Origin: Nemertoderma westbladi
Lineage: Eukaryota; Animalia; Xenacoelomorpha
Length of the DNA: 63,848 bases
Direction of reading: 5' to 3'
NCBI GenBank assembly: GCA_032718475.1
Contig: JAUCBJ010000532.1
Location: forward strand, 1-63,848
Numbering within the stretch: position 1 is the stretch's first letter; every line of letters begins with the position of its first letter. The notes under the pieces are model-generated. The model ran no database searches, was not told the origin of the DNA, and saw nothing but the letters and a program-made list of their open reading frames with translations. Both the position numbers and the translations under genes were made by a program. Positions 1 through 11,880 of the stretch are shown piece after piece.

Positions 1-399
1 TTTAAATGTTTAATAAAATGCTTCTCAGCCTAATGTTACCCATGTGGTAGTAAAAGTATAGTGAAGTCAAGTTATCTGTGAATTTGAAAAACAACCAACC
101 CGAAAACTATCAAGCCAGGGAGTGCACTACACTAAACTGTTTTGCTTATGAACCCACCTTTTGTGAAAATTATTCAATCAAGACTTTTTACTCTTTTTTG
201 GTTGAACGTGTAGCCTACTGACACCAAATACCCAGAGGAAGCAGTTCCGTGTTTAAGTACTGTGGGATGACTGGTACACAACTTGTAAAAATTATTAATG
301 AACGTTGAAGTAACTTGTTCAGTCTTAATATCGAATTATCTACATTGATAGCTAATAATGAAGATTTATGAAGACTATTTCCACACAATATTAACTTAC

Positions 400-1143
400 A
401 TCTACTCCAATGCTAATTTCAACTGCAACGATTTTGCTGCTTTCATTAGCAGAGGTCCTGTAGGTGGACCAATAGGCCCCATTCTGATTCGATTCTTCAC
501 CTAGTAGCCCATTGAGGTTGGATAAGCCACAATCCGTATACCACCAACCCCCACTACTCTTGGCAGCACAGTTACTCCAACTATAATCATTATCCACCTC
601 ATCAGTTGAGAAGGGACCATTTACCATTGAATCACCGGAAGTTCCTTGATAACCATTTAAAGTCAGATAATAATTGGTCGTTTCGTCTCCTACTGTAACA
701 TTAGCATATCTGGCATATACATATGGTGGAACTATCGGTCCACCGCCGCCAGTGTCCATCGCGGTTATATCTATTCGCAGAGGAACACCGCCTCTAGTCA
801 ACTTATGAATATTGTCCAAACCCATCCAGAAGTCGATGTTGAGGTCTCCAAAACCATTTTTGTAATCAGAGAAGTTACGGTTAAAATCAACAGTTCCTGA
901 AACCCTTCTTTGTATTACCAGCCACGACTTGTCGTTATTTATTTTGCTGCATCGTATGGCACCTGTAATGTCATACAACTTATCTGGCTTATATATTCCA
1001 GTTTCTCGGTTTGTACACAGAGGGAATTTATCGGATAGGCAGCTGTTAAACTCCTCTGCTTTCTTTGGCGAGTTCAATTTCTTTAGTTTAAATTTCAACA
1101 TATCTACCATCACTCTAATGGATGCGCGGAATTGAATTGTCGC
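400..1143 (-). CDS. Fibrinogen-related domain (FReD) exon C of a probable multi-FReD gene
   Basis: Motifs WLVIQRR..GTVDFNR, YKNGFG, FWMGLDNIH, FST.D.DND, GGWWY..C..SNLNG. Acceptor tttcaag|GCG at 1143 and donor GAT|gtaagt at 400. 744 bp, phase 0-0, so the ORF-track stop at 391 lies in the intron. Confidence 0.88.
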
Positions 1144-1565
1144 CTTGAAAGAATTAGTTAATAATTAATATTATTAGAAATTGTATAGGTATTAATTAAC
1201 CCAAGAAGTTCAAGTAAGCAAGATTTATTCTGAGATTTATGTTGATTTTTTACCCATTATGGAAGTTTAAAGACATTCTTACACTTACCTACACATTAGG
1301 TACACATCAGGAAAAGCTCATCCTAAAATCTTCCGCATTTATGCAGGAAAATGATAATTTATTTCTTACTCTATTCCCCGCTTTACTGTTTACTTTAAAT
1401 GAGTCATATATGATGATGATATGGGTCACACAAGGTTTACCGAGTCGCAGTACCGTCTCTAAAATATAACTTTATTCCTTCCTTCAGTCTGGTAACATTA
1501 AGAATGATGATTTAAGTCATCAAAGTAATACTGTCAATAAAATAGATTAGACCCGATTATATGTA

Positions 1566-1831
1566 GCAAGCAAGCAAACAGTCAGCCGAAGCCGGAGGCG
1601 ACCCGAAGGCTCCTCTTTCGATAGCTGCTACCCGAGGGCAGGGGTGGGCGCTACTCCTATCCCAAGATTTGCTCCCAGTTATTTAACTGGTACTCAATTT
1701 ATCGACCCCAGTGGATGAAAGGCTGAGTGGACCCTGGCGGGGCTGAACCTACAACCAATAGATTGCAGGCCCGGCGCTCAACCAACTGAGCTACCCCGCC
1801 CTCTTGTATGTACCCTCTTGATGCCCCTCTT
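1566..1831 (-). mobile_element. tRNA-derived SINE with (TTGC)n tail and 11-bp TSD
   Basis: Minus strand has A box TAGCTCAGTTGG and B-box-like GGTTCAGCCC. A central CTCAGCCTTTCATCC..GGGGTCGATAAATTGAGTACC segment resembles the Meta/Sauria-type SINE core (from recall). GATTATATGTA flanks both sides (1555-1565, 1832-1842). Confidence 0.8.
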
Positions 1832-2718
1832 GATTATATGTATAATATATTTATTTATACATACCAGCAGTTCTCCAGTGTCTGGCCAGAGGGAGACTAG
1901 GCAACGGTTAAAAGAGTGGTACCCGTTTGCTAAGCTTGCTTACTTCGACCTCCACTGAGGCCCTACGATCGTGTCAGACATATATCACGCATATCAGGCA
2001 TATAATAACTGGCCTTATGAAACTTTAATTTACATAGCAGAGTGGAAGGGTTTACTGTGGAAGATCACCCATGGTGGTGAACAGGCATTCCTTGGCTTAA
2101 CGAGCCTAAAAGATTCTCCCATTCATTTACATCATTTTCATATTTTGAAACTTTAGTTTCATGGGAACTGGTAGTAGTTGAGCAATAATTAAGGAATAAT
2201 AATTGCAATAGGGCAACATCTGCCTATCGGGCAGCCTAGGTTCTTATCCAACTTATCCAATTGTATCATTGAATCACACACAATGGAACCAACTCGAATT
2301 CCATTATTTTTAGATCTAGTGGTAGTAGTAGCTGTAATGGGAACTCAAGATCATACATAATATTTGCGAATTGTCTTGCTATTTCGATAGGCAATGGTCC
2401 ACGTGCGCGATATGTGATATCAATATGTGTAATTCTTTAAACTTTGCACAACTAACTGCCACCTTAATCATTTGTAACATATCATTGGCTAAATATTTTA
2501 ATTAATTAATTTCATGCGATTTCGTGACATGTTCAGTTGAATTCCCCCCCCCCCCCCCCCTCCCCCATCTACCCCTACCTACATAAACATATATTTGGAA
2601 AACGGGCATAGTATAATTATAACTGCATTCACCTTCAAATATAATATACCTTAGTGTACTTACTGGATTGAAAAGATTGAAAAAAATAGACAATAACGTT
2701 ACCTCACCAGTTACTTAC

Positions 2719-2829
2719 ATTATCCACCAATGCTTCAATTTGCCAGTTATAGAAATCATCACCGATTTTCTCTTTCTCTGCGGCTTTCTTTTTGGCTATC
2801 CTTACGGCTTCCAACATATGTGAAGTCAA
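2719..2829 (-). CDS. Candidate linker exon of the FReD gene (LTSHMLEAVRIAKKKAAEKEKIGDDFYNWQIEALVDN)
   Basis: Pyrimidine tract plus tacag| acceptor, AAT|gtaagt donor, 111 bp, open in phase 0-0 and compatible with the flanking exons. Confidence 0.6.
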
Positions 2830-3002
2830 CTGTACAAAGAATAAAAAAATACTTATGTGAACGAGGCGATTTGTTAAATTTTGCCATTTCCTTGTACATT
2901 GTGTCTCCGTCAAACCAAAAAGCAAAAGAATGACTGAATAAGAGTATTCCGTATCTCCATCCAGTGTAGGTAGTTTCCTTGGGGTTAAAATAAATCATTC
3001 TG

Positions 3003-4368
3003 ACCATTATTCTGGTCAAATTAGTCTGGGCTGCATCTCTTTGACACATCATTCTGGTCTGCATCTCTTTGACACATCATTCTGGTCAAATTAGTCTGGG
3101 CTGCATCTCTTTGACACATCATTCTGGTCAAATTAGTCTGGGCTGCATCTCTTTGACACATCATTCTGGTCTGCATCTCTTTGACACATCATTCTGGTCA
3201 AATTAGTCTGGGCTGCATCTCTTTGACACATCATTCTGGTCAAATTAGTCTGGGCTGCATCTCTTTGACACATCATTCTGGTCAAATTAGTCTGGGCTGC
3301 ATCTCTTTGACACATCATTCTGGTCTGCATCTCTTTGACACATCATTCTGGTCAAATTAGTCTGGGCTGCATCTCTTTGACACATCATTCTGGTCTGCAT
3401 CTCTTTGACACATCATTCTGGTCAAATTAGTCTGGGCTGCATCTCTTTGACACATCATTCTGGTCAAATTAGTCTGGGCTGCATCTCTTTGACACATCAT
3501 TCTGGTCAAATTAGTCTGGGCTGCATCTCTTTGACACATCATTCTGGTCTGCATCTCTTTGACACATCATTCTGGTCAAATTAGTCTGGGCTGCATCTCT
3601 TTGACACATCATTCTGGTCAAATTAGTCTGGGCTGCATCTCTTTGACACATCATTCTGGTCAAATTAGTCTGGGCTGCATCTCTTTGACACATCATTATT
3701 GTCAAATTAGTCTGGGCTGCATCTCTTTGACAATTCATTCTGGTCAAATTAGTCTGGGCTGCATCTCTTTGACACATCATTCTGGTCAAATTAGTCTGGG
3801 CTGCATCTCTTTGACACATCATTCTGGTCAAATTAGTCTGGTCTGCATCTCTTTGACACATCATTCTGGTCAAATTAGTCTGGGCTGCATCTCTTTGACA
3901 CATCATTCTGGTCAAATTAGTCTGGGCTGCATCTCTTTGACACATCATTCTGGTCAAATTAGTCTGGGCTGCATCTCTTTGACACATCATTCTGGTCAAT
4001 TTAGTCTGGGCTGCATCTCTTTGACACATCATTCTGGTCAAATTAGTCTGGGCTGCATCTCTTTGACACATCATTCTGGTCAAATTAGTCTGGGCTGCAT
4101 CTCTTTGTCACATCATTCTGGTCAAATTAGTCTGGGCTGCATCTCTTTGACACATCATTCTGGTCAAATTAGTCTGGGCTGCATCTCTTTGACATATCAT
4201 TCTGGTCAAATTAGTCTGGGCTGCATCTCGTTGACACATCATTCTGGTCAAATTAGTCTGGGCTGCATCTCTTTGACACATCATTCTGGTCAAATTAGTC
4301 TGGGCTGCATCTCTTTGACACATCATTCTGGTCAAATTAGTCTGGGCTGCATCTCTTTGTCACATCAT
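3003..4368. repeat. 42-bp tandem satellite with interspersed 28-bp deletion units
   Basis: Unit TCTGGTCAAATTAGTCTGGGCTGCATCTCTTTGACACATCAT repeated about 30 times; short units lack CAAATTAGTCTGGG. Confidence 0.97.
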
Positions 4369-5151
4369 CGTCTTTATTTAATAACAATTAGGTCAGTTTC
4401 TGTAGGTTTTTGAGATACCATAGTAAAAGTCGGATGTGTCTGCAAAATGTATTTTTCGAGCAATTTCATAAATTTTTTTGTTGATTTCTGCAGCAGAGAG
4501 CTTATTGCTCTTTGAACTGCATGGAATATGATTGTCCAGAATTGTGACTGATTTATTGTTGAGGTCCTCTGACCAGATATCGTGTCCCTATATTGCTGTG
4601 GATGGTGTTGGAGTAAAGTTTGATGACCTTAGTGGAATGTATGGTGTTGCAATAATTTTTTTCTTTTGCTAATGCGAATAATACTAATCCGGATATCAGA
4701 CAAACCATTCCAGATTTCGCCGATCCCCGGTTCAATGGTTCATTTGCGATCCTAGTTCCATCGGATATTCTCTGGATCTCGCTCAATATATCAGTGGATT
4801 CGTTCTGGGTTTCACCAATCAATCCGGTTGAGTGGATCCGATCCCGATTTTTGCGGTCCTAGTTCCAGTGGGTGATGATGCGGGTCCTATGCTGCATGTA
4901 TGGGGGGGATGCGGTGGTTGTGGCAGGGTACTACACGCAGGCATTACCTTTATTTAAAGTACAACTGTATGACTGAGCCTCACGTACCAGTTATCAGATT
5001 ATTGTATAAAATTAAGTTTAAATATTATTTTTTTTATATTTTTGTTGAGGCGTGAAGAGATACTTCGGTATTTTTAGAGATACTTATAGTCACAAAAATC
5101 TTACAGTCTGCTGATAGCTATTGTATCGATATGAAATTAAAAGTGATATAT

Positions 5152-5681
5152 TGTTAGCTTATTCAATCCCGCTAACATCCCATAAAGTTATAAGCCGATA
5201 AGCAATATTGGGAGCCACGAGATTGGATAATTAACCAACTCGTGCCATCCCAATAAGAATGGGAAGGAAGCACACAATAGAGGGTCAGGGGCCAAACCCC
5301 TAACCCAGAGAGAATAGGTGGAGTGAACGGGAACACTCCAAAGGGCGCCAACAAGGGTATCAACCAATCAGAGGGGGGCAAGGCATCGATTAGGTAGTGA
5401 TTAGGCCAACCGTGCAATATAACCAGTAACCCAATATCAGTAATTCAGTTATCTCAGTGCAGTAGTGCTAGCATAGGTTAATTAGTTTAGATAGGGGAGC
5501 ACGGGACTTTTAGTTACCGTATCCCGCCTTCCATATACTATACAATATATCTATATCTTATACCTCTATTATTATACACCGAACTTCAGAACTCATTTTA
5601 CTTTCATTCACTCTTTATACACGGCGGGGACGCGTGAACTAAATACCGGATAAATCGGGATCCCTCCTGGATCCCGTCACA
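5152..5681 (+). repeat. 5' LTR (530 bp)
   Basis: TGTTAGC...CGTCACA; no differences from 11881-12410 seen by eye. Confidence 0.96.
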
Positions 5682-5741
5682 GTAACTAAAACCAACCGCT
5701 GCCCTAGCTAGCCAAACCATCAGCCACCAATCGCCAGCGAG

Positions 5742-8700
5742 ATGAGTCAATCGGGCGAGACACCGACGCGGACCCCGGACGAAGACCAAACGATCCGTGA
5801 GGCCGCAACCAGGCGATATAGACCCACGACACCGGAGCCATCGATAACGGGCGAACCGGAAGTTCAAGACGAGGGGTGCCTGGAACAAGAGGTCGAGCCA
5901 AGAGGAAGGGAGAGCGAGACGGAGGGAGACGAAGACGAGTCGACGCGGAGTGAAGGTCGACGTACCGATGTCGCCGGCCAGCCACAGGCCGAGGACGACG
6001 AACGGTCCACCGGAACGGCGACGGTGGGGCCGTCGGTACAACGTCGGACCCGGAGAGATGGAGGAGAGGTCGGCGACGAGGACGTCGGGGTTTCCGATCG
6101 ACTTCGACGGGCCTACAACGCGACCCGGGAACTACTAAAGGAGGCCAAGGAGGGGGCGAGGATAGACGAGGTCAGGATGACAAAGGGACTAGGTGAGTCG
6201 AACAGATACTTTGATCACCTAGTGTGTTCTGGGCAGAGAGAACTGGCCGGGGAGAGAGCGAGAGGGGTTGCCTTCGAACTGTTTGGGCTATGGGAACGTA
6301 GGGGTATGGGGCCTGGTGTAGTGTACATAGGGCCATACTTAGTCGATGCCAGGGAAGTTAAGTTAGTGGGTTGGAAGAGACCTGGGGAGGGCGAATCCGA
6401 GGTTAACTCCGAGGATTCGGTCTCGTCGGTCGGAGGAAGTTCCGGGAAGCGGGGGAAAGTTAGTAGGACGGAGGGGCGACGGGAGTCCGTCGCAACCGAT
6501 AAGTCTGCTACATCCTCCGCAAAAGAAAGAAGGGTGCGAGAGAGTGAACGCGTGGCGTATAAATTAGAAAAGGCGGCGGCAGAGCGGAAACAGTTAGAGG
6601 GGCAATTGAGAGAGCAAACCGCATTATTAGAGTTGGTAAGGGAGGATAGAGAGAGGGCCGAGGAGCATAGAGATCGGGAGCATATCGGGATAATGATCGG
6701 GAGAATAGAGAGCGAGCCGGAGAGGCGGTCTGGGATGCTTGCGAGAGAGTTCCGAGTGTGCAGAGAGAGAGAGTTAGAGGAACAACGTACGCAGGATGAT
6801 TTGCTTGTCCGACTGGCGCTGCTTGCGCAATATCGGGCCAAACTTAAACGGCGCCGACTAGAACTGGCGCGGTTGGAGATATCAGAGAGTGAGCCCCCAC
6901 TTACAGGCACCGGGCGAGAGAACCAGAACTGGTGTAGCCGTACGGGCGGGGGGGGGGGTAGTAGTAGTATGTTAGAAGTAGTTAATGTTAATAGTACCAT
7001 ATTAGATAACCCTAATCCCTTTATTGCAGCGAATAATATTTTACCTGGTAGTAGTAATTTAAACTTAAACTCAAATAATAACGTTAATTCAAATATTCAG
7101 AATAATTCAAATAATACGAACAATAATTTAAATTTTGAAAATTCAAATAATTCTAATTTAAATAATTTAAATCTCGTTTCAAATTCTAATAATTTAATTG
7201 ATTTAACAAATAATATTGGGAATGGTGCTATTAATGTGAACGCGTCAGACGTGTATAACCCGGCAGACGGCGGCCTGGTAGGCCACGTAGTTAGTAGGCA
7301 GGAAGTGGCGCGGTTGAGCCAACCCGAGGTGGGCCTGGTAGGCCACGCAGTAGTAGAGAGAGAGGCGGGGGTGAATAGACCCGGCCGCAGTAGAAACAGT
7401 GTGTCGACTAGAGAGGGGTGTAGAAACGAAGTAAGAGATAGTGAAGTTAGATGTGGCGAGTGGGGGGGGGGCCACCGGCGCCCCACCACATAAGATTAGT
7501 GGTGAGAGAGGGGGGGCAGAGAATGCCCCACAAGAGGGGTATAGAAGTGTAGTAAGAAATAGTGAAGTTAGAAGTGGCGGGTGGGGGGGGGGCTACGGAC
7601 ACCCCACCGCGAGAGATTAGTAGCGAGAGAGGGGGGGCAGGGAGTGTCCCACAGCCGTCAGCGGATAATGCGCGGGCCGAATCAGGTAAACCGCAACACC
7701 CGGCGACGGAGAGTAATAGGGGGATTGCGAGTATCCCCAGCGGCGTGCGATCAAGCAGAGAGAAGCAGGTTGACGTCACAGGAGGGCAGACGAAGCGTCG
7801 AGCCCGATCAGAAGAGGGAAGAAGAACAGTGGAGTTCAACCGGGAGGTCGACGAGAGATCTCATGAGCCGGAATACTACACAGAAAAGAGAAGAAGAGAA
7901 GATAGTAGAAGAAGTGTCGCCACGAACGATAGCAGTGCGAGGACGGATAACGGACCGTCGACAGTAGAGATGGAGTCAAGGAGTCAGTGGGGTCGAACTT
8001 CGGGAGATTGCCGTCGCCCCGGAGAAACGCACCGCACGCCAAGAGAGGGGTACAGGAGGTACCAATACAAAGTCGAGAACAGGAGAGGGGATCGAAGAGA
8101 AGCTTCCCGACGGGATATAGCTGCCGATCGAGAGTGCAGTAGTCGCGGGGAGATTCGAGATTCGCGAAGAATAAACTTCGGTTCGGAAGGGCACATGCAG
8201 ACTGCAGGACATACTGTAGGCCTTACTGCACATACTATTATAGGCCATGCTGGGAGAGATAGAGTAGGCGATGGGGTAGCGCGAACGACGGGATTAAACC
8301 CGGAAGTCGCGGAGTACATACCGGTAGGTAGGCGAGAGGTAGGTAGGCCTATATCGGTACAGCAGCATGACTATAATACACAGGGACATAACATATATCC
8401 AGGGGAGGGGGGAGTTATTGGAGATAGACGTATGGGCCCCAATGTATTAACATCAACCCCAGTACCAAACATACCGGCCGGGGGGGGACAGGGTGACATT
8501 CCCCCATCACAATATCGACAATATACCCCAATAGGAGCGAGAACATCGAACCCCTTGGACGAGAACAGGTCGTGCGGACAGTCAATACCACACGCGGCCG
8601 TACAGGGGACTGCTAGTCCACAGTTAGCTGGTAGCAGGGCCACACCGTGGCAGGGACAGAAAGAAAATAACACCAAAAATAAACACAATCCCAATATACC

Positions 8701-9346
8701 CAGTAGGCCGAGTCTAGACAACCAAAACATTAAATCGGTACATATAAACCTAAGCGCGATACGTGAAGGACTATACAGGAAACGCTATAATCCAGGATTC
8801 CAATGTCAATTACATCGGGACGGAACCCATAAGACCAGGAGTTGTAAGTACTGGCAAGCGTTGCCCAAACGAGATCGTGTAGCCTACACAGACGCAAACG
8901 GACTATGTCATCGATGTGTGGTAAAAGGACACAGATCCGGAGAGTGTTGGAAAGGGAGAGGATATGAAAGGACTAAACCAGGGGCAGAGAAGCCCATTAG
9001 CAAACATAAGGGAGTCGGGAAAGTAGGAGGAGGCGTGTTGCATACACACGCAGGACGGACACAGTGCGAGGGGGCATTGCACGGGCAGACACCGCGTATA
9101 CCGAGGGACGAGCGGGGGTCGTCGAGGGCTCTAATGCCAGCGCACATACGAAGGGGGAGGCCAGCAAAGGTGGCACCGAAGAGAGTGTGGCGAAGAGTTA
9201 GAGGACGTATAGGAGGGCAGCAGGAGAGTGCCTACTGGAAGAAGGGGCACCTGAGAGTTTTTAGTCGTCCAAAGTTTTGGACTGAGGGGGGTGGGAATGA
9301 GGGCGAGACACCCTTCCCACGCACAAAATATAAAATAATTATTTAA
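5742..9346 (+). CDS. Gag-like protein (about 1200 aa if two poly-G frameshifts are corrected)
   Basis: ORFs 5742-7493 and 7562-9346 join through an intermediate frame if one G is removed from each of the runs at 7462-7471 and 7583-7592. Charged coiled-coil-like region, Asn-rich tract, and CQLHRDGTHKTRSC...CHRCVVKGHRSGEC zinc-knuckle pair with BEL-like spacing. Confidence 0.75.
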
Positions 9347-9359
9347 TTAAAAATAATTA

Positions 9360-11260
9360 AATTAGTTAGTTAGTTAGTTAGTTAGTTAAGGGGTACGTAG
9401 TACCGTTAGAGAGTAAGAGTTAGAGAGTTAGAGGGTACGTAAGTACCGCTAGTTCGTTAGAGAGTTAGAGGGTACGTAAGTACCGCTAGGTAGTTAGAGT
9501 TAGAGGGTACGTAAGTACCGATAGTTAGTTAGAGAGTTAGAGGGTACGTAAGTACCGCTAGTTAGTTAGAGAGTTAGAGGGTACGTAAGTACCGCTAGTT
9601 GGTTAGAGAGTTAGAGGGTACGTAGTACCGCTAGTTAGTTAGAGTTAGAGGGTACGTAAGTACCGCTAGTTAGTTAGAGTTAGAGGGTACGTAAGTACCG
9701 CTAGTTAGTTAGAGAGTTAGAGGGTACGTAAGTACCGCTAGTTAGTTAGAGTTAGAGGGTACGTATGTACCGATTAGAGAGTAAGAGTTAGAGGGTATGT
9801 AGTACCGTTAGTTAGTGGAGTTAGAGTAAGAGTTAGAGGGTACGCAGTACCGTTAGAGAGTAGGAGTTAAGGGGTACGTAGTACCGTTAGAGAGTTAGTA
9901 AGAGTAAGAGGGTACGTAGTACCGCTAGCTAGTAGAGAGAGCTAGAGTAGTAAGAGGGTACGTTGTACCGCTAGCTAGTAGAGAGAGCTAGAGTAGTAAG
10001 AGGGTACGTTGTACCGCTAGCTAGTAGAGAGAGCTAGAGTAGTAAGAGGGTACGTAGTACCGCTAGTTAGGGGTGTTAGTAGTAGCAGTAGAGGGTTGTG
10101 GGCACCGTAAGCGCCACGTAGTTAGAGTTAGTAGGGAATGCGCTGAACTTAGTGGGGCACGGGCGTGATGATGTGTTTGATGTAAGAGCAGGGTATGTTA
10201 ATTAGGGTGGGTGCCGGGCACAAGAGGTGCCGGGCACAAAAGGAGTTAGTAGAGTTAGAAGGTGCCGGGCACAAGATGTGCCGGGCACAAAAAGGGTTAG
10301 TAAGAGTTAGTAGTAGAGTTAGTTGAGTTAGTAGTAGAGTTAGTTGAGTTAGTAGAGAGTTAGTAGAGTTATTAGAGTTAGTAGAGTCAGTAGTAGTTCA
10401 CATAATTAACGTACCCACTCTGCCGGCACTCAGAGCGTCACGTGTAGGCGATGAGACGTAAAGGGGGAGTAGAGGAGTAGAGACGGGCACATTGGGTGCC
10501 AGGTAGTAGAAGAGTAGAGAGGGCACATAGGGTGCCAGGTAGTAGAGTTAGAGTGTTAGAGGTAGTAGAGAGGGTACATAGGGTACCAGTGAGTAGAAGA
10601 GTAGAGACGGGCACGTAGGGTGCCAGGTAGTAAAGTTAGAGTGTTAGAGGTAGTAGAGAGGGCACATAGGGTGCCAGAGAGTAGAAGAGTAGAGACGGGC
10701 ACGTAGGGTGCCAGGTAGTAGAGTTAGAGAGTTAGAGATAGAGTAGAGTAGTAGAGAGGGCACATAGGGTGCCAGGTAGTAGAGTTAGAGAGGTAGTAGT
10801 GTAGTAGAGAGGGCACATAGGGTGCCAGGTAGTAGAGTTAGAGAGGTAGTAGTGTAGTAGAGAGGGCACATAGGGTGCCAGGTAGTAGAGTAGAGCAGAG
10901 AGGGCACATAGGGTGCCATATAGTAGAGTGGTTGTGGGCACCGCAAGCGCCACGTAGTTAGAAGAGTGGAGTAGAGTTAGTAGAGCTAGTTAGTAGAGTT
11001 AGCAGAGCTAGTGGAGTAGAGTTAGCAGAGCTAGTGGAGTAGAGTTAGTAGAGCTAGTTAGCAGAGTTGGTAGACTCAGAGGAGTCAAGTAGAGTTAGTA
11101 GAAGTAGAAAGTTAGTAGGAGTTAGTTAGACTTAGTAGAGAGTTAGAGTCAGTAGAAAGTTAGAGGCTCTCAGTTAGAGCTAGAAGTAGTAAGAGTTAGT
11201 AGTTAGCAGAGTTAGTTAGATAGTTAGAGTTAGTAAGCAGTAGGTAGATAGTATGATAGC
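9360..11260 (+). repeat. Internal purine/TAG-rich tandem repeats carrying an array of 5-bp-stem hairpins
   Basis: 18 x GGTAC-loop-GTACC (9392-10062), 4 x GTGCCGGGCAC, and 10 x GGCAC-N5-GTGCC type (10486-10918), separated by C-poor TTAG/GTAG/AGAG linkers. Confidence 0.9.
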
Positions 11261-11871
11261 ACAGGGGTAGCATTAGAGATTAAAGCCTTAGGGAGTGACA
11301 AGAGAGTGGAGAGGTGATAGTGCGGAGTGCGGAGAGAGTGGTGTAAGTACTATAGTCATACAACCTTTCTCAATTAGCTACTGGGACTGGGGGGCTAACT
11401 GACTATGGCACTAGGGACAAGACGCCAGACAATTTCACATTTCCTGAGTGCGACGGCACGGGGGGGGGTGAGATTCGTCAGAAGGGATGAGGTAGTCAAA
11501 GTGGGGTTGAGGAACGGAGTAAGAGTGCGAAGTGCGGAGAGAGTGCGAACGCAATTCTAGTGTGGGGGGGGAGAATAAGAGGCTGAGTGGGGGACGAGGA
11601 GGTCCGAGGGTATGAGAGAGTTAGGGTGAGAGTGGAGAGGAGATAGGGCGAAAGTGTTGGGGAAACAAAAGTTGCGTGAGAGGCGAGCGCGATCGGCCCG
11701 ACATGAGACGCCAGGCACACAGGGTAGCGTTATCATACCCATAGGCGGCAGCCTGGAAAGCCGACTCCGAGAGAAAAGAATTCCACCCCACACCCGATAC
11801 TAGATCGGGATCCAGCGGGATTGTAGCGCACTTTTTTGGTTGATGCTATCTTCTTACCGGGAAGATAGCAT

Positions 11872-11880
11872 GGGGGGGAG
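11872..11880 (+). promoter_or_regulatory. Polypurine tract
   Basis: GGGGGGGAG abutting the TG of the 3' LTR. Confidence 0.85.

Noticed and set aside
3133-4413. Repetitive ORFs (TRMMCQRDAAQTNL / HHSGQISLGCISLT)
   Set aside because: Translations of a stop-free 42-bp satellite; 28-bp units break the frame.
4553-4950. 89-aa ORF or extra FReD-gene exon
   Set aside because: No recognisable motif and no consistent splice-site pair.
9390-10920. CRISPR-like repeat-spacer appearance
   Set aside because: Linkers are low-complexity and mutually similar, there are no cas genes, and the context is a eukaryotic LTR element.
11690-11802. Possible integrase C-terminal remnant (SRLREKRIPPHTRY*) before the PPT
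   Set aside because: Too short to support without a profile search.
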